Source of the DNA: Cereibacter sphaeroides 2.4.1
GTDB lineage: Bacteria; Pseudomonadota; Alphaproteobacteria; Rhodobacterales; Rhodobacteraceae
NCBI RefSeq assembly: GCF_000012905.2
Contig: NC_007493.2
Coordinates: 2,400,001-2,432,000, forward strand
Length of the DNA: 32,000 nucleotides
Direction of reading: 5' to 3'
In this document: piece by piece, positions 26,095 to 32,000 of the stretch
Layout: each line of letters opens with the position of its first letter
Numbering within the stretch: position 1 is the stretch's first letter
The notes under the pieces: generated by a model
Databases searched by the model: none
What the model was told of the DNA's origin: nothing
Seen by the model: only the letters and a program-made list of their open reading frames with translations
Position numbers and translations under genes: made by a program

Positions 26095-26970
26095 TCAGAC
26101 CCACTTGGCCAGCGGGGGCAGGCTCATCAGCACGGCGTTGGCGTCGTGGCCGGTCTCGAGGCCGAATTTCGTGCCCCGGTCATAGACGAGGTTGTATTCC
26201 GCATAGAGCCCGCGGTGGATGAGCTGCGCCTCGCGGTCGGCCTCGGTCCAGGGCGTTTCCATGCGCCGCTCGACGAGGGGCACGAAGGCCGGCAGGAAGG
26301 CCTCGCCCACCGCGCGGGTGAAGGCGAAATCGGCCTCCCAGTCGTCGGTATTCAGGTCGTCGAAGAAGATCCCGCCCACGCCGCGGGCCCGGCCCCGGTG
26401 GGGGATGAAGAAATATTCGTCGGCCCAGGCTTTGAAGCGCGGATAGTAGTCCGCCCCGTGCGCCTCGCAGGCATGGCGCAGCGTGGCGTGGAAATGCTTG
26501 GTATCCTCGGGATAATCGAGGCAGGGGTTGAGGTCCGAGCCGCCGCCGAACCACCAGGCGTGCGGGGTCCAGAACATGCGGGTGTTCATGTGGACAGCCG
26601 GCGCATGCGGGTTCTGCATATGCGCCACGAGGCTGATGCCCGAGGCCCAGAAGCGCGGATCCTCGGCCATGCCCGGCACACCGCGGGCGGCCATCGCCTG
26701 CTGCGCCCGGCTCGCCAGCGTGCCATGGACGGTCGAGACATTCACGCCCACCTTCTCGAATACGCGCCCGCCGCGCATCACGCTCATGAGCCCGCCGCCG
26801 CCCGCCTCGCGGCTCGTCTCGGTCATCTCGAACCGGCCGGGCGCGGCATCCGCGGGAGAGCCGCCTGTGGCCGCATCCTCGAGTCCCTCGAAGGCCGCGA
26901 GGATGCGGTTCCTCAGCTCGCGGAACCACTCCGAGGCCCGCGCCTTCTGTCCGTCCATCGCGTCATTCAT
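26095..26970 (-). CDS. hemF: oxygen-dependent coproporphyrinogen III oxidase
   Basis: Track ORF 26095..26970, 291 aa, GGGAGGA SD: ...GGGSDLNPCLDYPED...RGRARGVGGIFFDDL...GLETGHDANAVLMSLPP. Full-length HemF. Confidence 0.95.
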   Translation of the reverse strand: MNDAMDGQKARASEWFRELRNRILAAFEGLEDAATGGSPADAAPGRFEMTETSREAGGGGLMSVMRGGRVFEKVGVNVSTVHGTLASRAQQAMAARGVPGMAEDPRFWASGISLVAHMQNPHAPAVHMNTRMFWTPHAWWFGGGSDLNPCLDYPEDTKHFHATLRHACEAHGADYYPRFKAWADEYFFIPHRGRARGVGGIFFDDLNTDDWEADFAFTRAVGEAFLPAFVPLVERRMETPWTEADREAQLIHRGLYAEYNLVYDRGTKFGLETGHDANAVLMSLPPLAKWV

Positions 26971-27086
26971 GCATTCCTCCCGAACCTTTGCCCTCAGGGC
27001 TAGCAGCTTCGCGGAGGCGGATCCAGAGAGCAGCGACCCGCCAGAATCATCTGGCGCCGCAGGGGGATTGGGATAGGGTCGACGAC

Positions 27087-27500
27087 ATGAGACATGCCCT
27101 GACCCTTCTGCTGCTGCCCCTGCTCGCCGCCTGCGCCACGCCGCAGGAACGCTGCATCTCGCAGGTCACGCGCGACCTGCGGGTGGTGGACGCGCTGATC
27201 CAGGAAGGCGAGCTGAACCTCGCGCGCGGCTATGCGATCGAGGAGGTGACGGACTATCGCACCGAATGGGTGCAGTGCGGCCCGCCCATCGTGCGCTACC
27301 GTCCGGACGGCAAGCGGGTGGTCTATCCGGCCCGGCACTGTTTCGATCAGGTGCCCTACACGGTGCGCCAGCCCAAGGCCATCGACCTCGCCTCGCAGGC
27401 CCGGACGCTGGAGCAGCTGAAGCGCAAGCGGGCCGAACTGGCCCGGGCGGCCGGGCCGGCCGTCCAGCAGTGCCGCGCGACCTATCCCGAGACGAAGTGA
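27087..27500 (+). CDS. hypothetical lipoprotein (137 aa)
   Basis: Track ORF 26988..27500 trimmed to ATG 27087. Signal peptide plus lipobox MRHALTLLLLPLLAAC. Four more Cys. No family recognised. Confidence 0.65.
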   Translation: MRHALTLLLLPLLAACATPQERCISQVTRDLRVVDALIQEGELNLARGYAIEEVTDYRTEWVQCGPPIVRYRPDGKRVVYPARHCFDQVPYTVRQPKAIDLASQARTLEQLKRKRAELARAAGPAVQQCRATYPETK

Positions 27501-27518
27501 CCGGCCGGACAGCCGCCG

Positions 27519-28328
27519 TCAGTGCACCGGCGCCAAGGCCGGGTCGATCAGGCTGCGTCCGCCGTCGAGCGTCACCACCTGTCCCGTCATGAAGGCCGCC
27601 GCGTCCGAGGCGAGGAACTGCACCGTCTCGACGATCTCGGCCGGCGAGGCGATGCGCTTCATCGGCGTGCGCTCGGTGATCTGGGCGCGCATCGCCGGGC
27701 TGTCCTTCAGCGCGGTCTGGAGGCTCGCGCTCATGACCGAGCCGAAGGAGACCGCATTCACCCGGATGCCCTTCGAGGCCAGCGCCACCGCCATCGACCG
27801 CGTCATCTGCTCGACCGCGGCGCAGCTGATCGAATAGGCCAGAAGCTCGGGCTGGGTGCGGATCGCGGCGATGGAGGAGAGGTTGATGATCGAGCCCACC
27901 TGCGTGGGCTTCTCGTCGCTCTTCTCGGCCCGCGCGATCATCCGCTTGGCCGTCAGCTGGGTGAGGCGCAGGCTGGTCAGCATATTCTGCTGCAGAAGCG
28001 TCTCGACCGCATCCTCTTCCGGGCAGAGCGGATCGGACAGAGCCACCTGACGACTCGCATTCACGAGGATGTCGACCCGGTCGAAGGCATCCATCGTGGC
28101 CGACAGGAGGTTGGTGATCGTCAGCTTCTCGCGCAGGTCGCCCGCGAACATGCGCACCGGGCCCTCGGCCCGCGCCTCCTCGCCGATCTGGTCGGCGAGC
28201 CGTTCCTCGTCCATGTCCACGAACATCACGTTCGCGCCCTTGTCGACGAAGTGCCGCGCCACCGCGAGGCCGATGCCGGCGGCGGCCCCGGTCACGATGG
28301 CCGTCTTGCCGGAAATGATGAGCGACAT
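27519..28328 (-). CDS. short-chain dehydrogenase/reductase family protein, atypical active site (Y-x-x-x-C)
   Basis: Track ORF 27519..28328, 269 aa. TGAAAGIG cofactor motif, Ser152, Tyr165 and IRVNAVSFG, but Cys169 where the catalytic Lys is expected. GGGAG SD. Confidence 0.88.
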   Translation of the reverse strand: MSLIISGKTAIVTGAAAGIGLAVARHFVDKGANVMFVDMDEERLADQIGEEARAEGPVRMFAGDLREKLTITNLLSATMDAFDRVDILVNASRQVALSDPLCPEEDAVETLLQQNMLTSLRLTQLTAKRMIARAEKSDEKPTQVGSIINLSSIAAIRTQPELLAYSISCAAVEQMTRSMAVALASKGIRVNAVSFGSVMSASLQTALKDSPAMRAQITERTPMKRIASPAEIVETVQFLASDAAAFMTGQVVTLDGGRSLIDPALAPVH

Positions 28329-28340
28329 GGGAAACTCCCG

Positions 28341-29342
28341 TTATGCAGATGTGCCGCCCGCGCGCTGGGGTCGGGACGCGCGGACGATCCTGAAGGCGGC
28401 ATCGCCGCCGATGTCCTCGACCTCGCGGAAGAGCGTGCGGAGGCCGCGGTCATAGGGCAGATGGCGGTTGGCCACCAGCCAGAGCACCCCGGTGGGGGCG
28501 AGAAGCCGCGCAGCCGCCTGCAGGAAGCCCATCCCGATGGCGGGATCGGCCTCGCGGGTCGTGTGGAAGGGCGGGTTGCAGACCACCAGATCGGCGGGCT
28601 TCGAGAGACGGAAGCGGGTGGCGTCGGCCCAGTGGAAATGGGCGCGCTCGTCCGGGACGTTGAGCCGTGCGCAGTCGAGCGCCGCATGTTCGGCCTCGAC
28701 GAGATCGATCCGCTTCACCGGCCGCCGCTCGAGCACCGCGCGCGCCAGATAGCCCCAGCCCGCGCCGAGATCGACGACCCGGCCCGAGAGATCCGTGGGC
28801 AGCGCCTCGACCAGAAGCTGCGAGCCGCGGTCGGGCGCATCGGCCGAGAAGATGCCGGGCAGCGTGCGGAAGCCGCCCGCGATCTCCGTGGGTCGCGCGG
28901 CCCAGTCCTCGAGCCCCGGACCGGCCGCGAAAGTGAAGAGCTTGCCGTGCGCCTTGGAGAGGGTGGCCGAGACCGCCAGCCGCTCGGACAGATCGCGCCA
29001 CATCGGCTCGACACCGTCGGTCTTCTGCCCGTCCACCACGATCAGCCCGCCCGGCTCGACCGAGGCCGCCGCCTCGGCCAGAAGCGCGCGGGCCTCGGCC
29101 CGGGCGCGCGGCAGGCAGACGATGGCAGCGGCATGGCCCGCACCGCCGGCGATGCCCACTTTATACCCCTGCGCCGCGAGAGCGTCGTGATCGGGGCGGA
29201 AGCCCTGCACCAGCACCAGCCGGTCCCTGGGCAGCGCCGAAAGATCCTCGGCCGCGCGCGGACGATAGACGACGATACTGCCCGCATCGGGCAGGACGAC
29301 CGCGCCGGTTTCCAGCGCCAGTGTCAGACGGGCAGAGCGCAT
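28341..29342 (-). CDS. class I SAM-dependent methyltransferase, RsmC/RlmG-like (rRNA m2G methyltransferase family)
   Basis: Track ORF 28341..29342, 333 aa. Motif I VVDLGAGWGYL and motif IV NPPFH. Confidence 0.82.
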   Translation of the reverse strand: MRSARLTLALETGAVVLPDAGSIVVYRPRAAEDLSALPRDRLVLVQGFRPDHDALAAQGYKVGIAGGAGHAAAIVCLPRARAEARALLAEAAASVEPGGLIVVDGQKTDGVEPMWRDLSERLAVSATLSKAHGKLFTFAAGPGLEDWAARPTEIAGGFRTLPGIFSADAPDRGSQLLVEALPTDLSGRVVDLGAGWGYLARAVLERRPVKRIDLVEAEHAALDCARLNVPDERAHFHWADATRFRLSKPADLVVCNPPFHTTREADPAIGMGFLQAAARLLAPTGVLWLVANRHLPYDRGLRTLFREVEDIGGDAAFRIVRASRPQRAGGTSA

Positions 29343-29358
29343 CCGAAGGCCCCGGGGC

Positions 29359-29679
29359 CTATTCCTTTTCCATGGTGCATTGCAGCGGATGCTGGTGGCG
29401 CCGCGCGAAATCCATCACCTGTGCCACCTTGGTCTCGGCCACCTCGAAGGAGAAGACGCCCACCACCGCGAGACCCTTCTTGTGGACCGTCAGCATGATC
29501 TCGAACGCCTGCGCGTGGCTCAGGCCGAAGAACCGCTCGAGCACATGGACCACGAATTCCATGGGCGTGTAATCGTCGTTCAAGAGCAGCACCTTGTAGA
29601 GCGGTGGCCGCTGGGTCTTGCTGCGGGTCTTGGTCAGGATGGACGTGTCGTCGCCGGGGCCGCCCGTCTTGTCGGACAT
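29359..29679 (-). CDS. clpS: ATP-dependent Clp protease adaptor ClpS
   Basis: Tail of track ORF 29359..30675, from ATG (cat 29677-29679). 106 aa: ...[27 protein letters not shown]...[12 protein letters not shown]. No SD before this ATG. An in-frame TTG 18 nt upstream (29697) has AGGAG at 8 nt, so the start may be 29697. Confidence 0.92.
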   Translation of the reverse strand: MSDKTGGPGDDTSILTKTRSKTQRPPLYKVLLLNDDYTPMEFVVHVLERFFGLSHAQAFEIMLTVHKKGLAVVGVFSFEVAETKVAQVMDFARRHQHPLQCTMEKE

Positions 29680-29850
29680 GTGAAGCGGACGAAGGGTCAA
29701 GATCGTGACTCCTGCCGATGGGCGGATTCGGGAATTGGCGCGAGAGAGAGAGTATAGTCGTTTTTCGTCCGTCGGAAAGAGGCGCACATGACGCGGACGG
29801 GCTTGCGGGCCCTGACCGGCACGCTTAATCCGGCAGCGACGGGAGGAGCC

Positions 29851-30564
29851 ATGGACCGGCGCATCACCACCATCGCGTTCGACGCGGACGACACGCTCTG
29901 GCAGAACGAGACCTTCTACCGGCTGACGCAGGAGCGCTTCGCCGCCCTCCTCGCCCGGCATGTCGAGAAGGACCGGCTGCACGAGCGGCTCCTGGCGGCC
30001 GAGCGCCGCAACCTCGGCCGCTATGGATTCGGCATCAAGGGCTTCATGCTGTCGATGATCGAGACCGCCATCGAGGTGACGGAAGAACGCGTGCCCGCCG
30101 GCGTCATCGGCGAGATCATCGCAGCCGGTCAGGAGATGCTCGCCCATCCGATCGAGCTTCTGGACCATGCACGCGAGGCGGTGGAGGCTCTGGCGGCCGA
30201 TTACCGTGTCCTGCTGGTCACGAAAGGCGATCTTCTCGATCAGGAGCGGAAGCTCGCCCAATCGGGCCTCGGCGACATGTTCCATGCCGTCGAGATCGTC
30301 TCGGACAAAAACGCCCGCGTCTACGACCGGATCTTCCGGCGCCACGGCGACGGGCCGGAACGCGCGCTGATGGTGGGCAACTCCTTGAAATCCGATGTTC
30401 TTCCTCCGATCGAGGCCGGGGGATTCGGCGTGCATGTCCCGCATGGCCTCACCTGGGCGCTGGAACATGCCGATCCGCCGGACGGGCATCCGCGCTTCTT
30501 CACCCTGCCCGACCTGTCCGGCCTGCCGGCGCTGGTCGAGAGGCTTAACGAGAATCTCCCATAA
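29851..30564 (+). CDS. HAD-superfamily hydrolase
   Basis: Track ORF 29788..30564. I prefer ATG 29851 (GGGAGG upstream), which puts motif I (FDADDTLW) about 10 aa from the N-terminus. ATG 29788 also has an SD (GAAAGAGG) and cannot be excluded. Motif III/IV region [10 protein letters not shown]. Confidence 0.8.
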   Translation: MDRRITTIAFDADDTLWQNETFYRLTQERFAALLARHVEKDRLHERLLAAERRNLGRYGFGIKGFMLSMIETAIEVTEERVPAGVIGEIIAAGQEMLAHPIELLDHAREAVEALAADYRVLLVTKGDLLDQERKLAQSGLGDMFHAVEIVSDKNARVYDRIFRRHGDGPERALMVGNSLKSDVLPPIEAGGFGVHVPHGLTWALEHADPPDGHPRFFTLPDLSGLPALVERLNENLP

Positions 30565-30622
30565 CTTGAGGTTCTTGCGCATCCGCGCCCCAGATCTGCC
30601 ACAGTGACTGAAAAGGCCCGCG

Positions 30623-30650
30623 AAACCCCTTGAAACTGAGGGGTTTTCCT
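30623..30650 (+). terminator. rho-independent terminator of the HAD hydrolase gene
   Basis: 8-bp stem aaacccct (30623-30630) / aggggttt (30639-30646) with an 8-nt loop, running into TTTTCC. It lies 59 nt after the stop. Confidence 0.6.
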
Positions 30651-30743
30651 GAATCACCTCCTGTGCTAGCGTCACTTCAAATCACAAATCCCCTGGACCG
30701 AACGGGAACCGGCGGGAACGAGGCAGACAGAAGGACAGGCGAC

Positions 30744-32000
30744 GTGACATCGCAGCTGGGGCAGTACGTCCGACAAGTGCTTTTCGTGTTCGTGGCCATG
30801 GTGATGGCGGCACAGTCCGCTGTGGCCGCGCCCTACGCCGCCATCGTGATGGATGCGCGAACGGGCGAGACCCTTTACGAGACCAACTCCGAGACACGCC
30901 TGCATCCGGCCTCGCTCACGAAGATGATGACGCTCTACATCACCTTCCAGGCGATCCAGCGCGGCGAGATCTCGCTCGACAGCCTCGTGACGGTGACGAA
31001 GAACGCGGCCGCCGAGCCGCCCTCCAAGCTCGGCCTCAAGTCGGGCCAGCGCATTGCGCTGCGCTACCTGATCCGCGCAGCGGCGGTGAAATCGGCCAAC
31101 GACGCCGCCACCGCGATCTGCGAGGCCGTGGGCGGCTCCGAAGCGGCCTTCGCCGAGCGGATGAACCGGACGGCCAAGGCCATCGGCATGACGAAGACCA
31201 CCTTCAAGAACTGCAACGGCCTGACCGCCGAGGGCCACCTGTCCACCGCGCACGACATGAACGTCCTGGGCCGGCGGCTGTTCTTCGATTTCCCGCAATA
31301 TTACAACATCTTCTCGCGCCGCCGCGCCGATGCCGGCGTGACCACGGTCGCCAACACCAACACCCGCTTCCTCGACGCCTACAAGGGCGCCGACGGGATC
31401 AAGACCGGCTACACCTCGCCCGCGGGCTACAACCTCACCGCCTCGGCGCAGCGCGGCAACAAGCGCATCATCGCCACCGTCTTCGGCGGCAAGAGCACCG
31501 CGCACCGTAACGCCAAGATGGCGGATCTGCTGGATCTGGGCTTTCGCGAGGCCCCGGAGAATGCAAAGGTTCGCAAGCCTGCCCCGATCGACGCCGGCGC
31601 GCTCGCCATTGCCTCGGCGCAGGCGGCCCAGCGGCAGCAGCCCGTTCCGATCGCATCCCTGACCAGCTCGCCCCGCCCGCTGGCACGGCCGGGCTCGCAG
31701 GCGGCCCTCGCCGCCGCGGCGATGGTGAACTCCATGCAGGGCGGGATCGAGAGCGCGCTGGCCCAGGCCTCGGCCGAGGATGCGGTGGCGATGCAGATCG
31801 CGCAGGCGGTGGACTACGGCGGCGAAGGCTCGGACTCGGGCGTCACGCCGCGCAGCCGGCCCGTGCTGCAGCTCGCCGCCGCCGCGCCGGTGCCTACCTC
31901 GCCCGAAGTCATCACCCGCATGTCGACCTCCGGCGGTCGGCACTGGGGCGTGAATGTGGGCCGCTTCCCCTCGCGCACCGCGGCCGAGCGCCAGCTCATG
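30744..32000 (+). CDS. D-alanyl-D-alanine carboxypeptidase (PBP5/6-type serine peptidase) with C-terminal SPOR domain; 3' end outside window
   Basis: Not in the ORF track because it has no stop in the window; translated by hand. GTG 30744 with AAGGA upstream, signal-like N-terminus VLFVFVAMVMAAQSAVAAP. Active-site motifs SLTK, SAN (VKSANDAA) and KTG (IKTGYT). A long Ala/Pro-rich linker follows, then the onset of a SPOR-like segment (GRHWGVNVGRFPSRTAAERQL). The frame is open to 32000. Confidence 0.88.
   Translation, partial: MTSQLGQYVRQVLFVFVAMVMAAQSAVAAPYAAIVMDARTGETLYETNSETRLHPASLTKMMTLYITFQAIQRGEISLDSLVTVTKNAAAEPPSKLGLKSGQRIALRYLIRAAAVKSANDAATAICEAVGGSEAAFAERMNRTAKAIGMTKTTFKNCNGLTAEGHLSTAHDMNVLGRRLFFDFPQYYNIFSRRRADAGVTTVANTNTRFLDAYKGADGIKTGYTSPAGYNLTASAQRGNKRIIATVFGGKSTAHRNAKMADLLDLGFREAPENAKVRKPAPIDAGALAIASAQAAQRQQPVPIASLTSSPRPLARPGSQAALAAAAMVNSMQGGIESALAQASAEDAVAMQIAQAVDYGGEGSDSGVTPRSRPVLQLAAAAPVPTSPEVITRMSTSGGRHWGVNVGRFPSRTAAERQLM

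Overview
Very GC-rich alphaproteobacterial chromosome segment. Gene content and protein sequences look Rhodobacteraceae-like (Rhodobacter/Cereibacter sphaeroides type); that assignment is inference, no search was run. The window is densely packed with about 34 protein genes, nearly all housekeeping. I saw no rRNA, tRNA, CRISPR array, IS element, integrase or prophage signature. Gene order from left to right: (1) the 3' end of pdeM. (2) A membrane-anchored LytTR protein. (3) A minus-strand C1/folate unit: membrane protein, fhs, chorismate-mutase-like gene, folD. (4) ftsH, then tilS. (5) A complete Tol-Pal cluster, ybgC-tolQ-tolR-tolA-tolB-pal-cpoB, on the minus strand. (6) An isolated small repeat-containing ORF. 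(7) holB-tatD-MBL hydrolase-AEC transporter, translationally coupled on the plus strand. (8) A 915-aa DUF2339-type membrane protein and a kinase-fold protein. (9) The heme genes hemC, hemE and hemF, with an exported Cys-rich protein between hemE and hemF. (10) A lipoprotein. (11) clpS-methyltransferase-SDR on the minus strand. (12) A HAD hydrolase. (13) The 5' part of a DD-carboxypeptidase with a SPOR domain, which I translated by hand because it runs off the window and is absent from the ORF track. The track accepts GTG/TTG starts and reports longest ORFs, so many starts were trimmed using Shine-Dalgarno (SD) sites and homologous N-termini. I do not see a convincing novel multi-gene system; this looks like core genome. 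The best leads are: a 97-aa acidic ORF (14692-14985) with three copies of a PKKL...EE(I/L)(F)G motif, where the two best copies are identical in protein but differ at 5 synonymous sites; an SDR whose catalytic Lys is replaced by Cys; a chorismate-mutase-like gene translationally coupled to folD inside the fhs/folD unit; a kinase-fold protein with a degenerate catalytic loop; a PpsR/CrtJ-type TGTc-N10-gACA box in the hemC/hemE divergent region; and three unusually long (0.4-0.55 kb) non-coding spacers. All promoter, operator and terminator calls rest on motifs and hairpins only.
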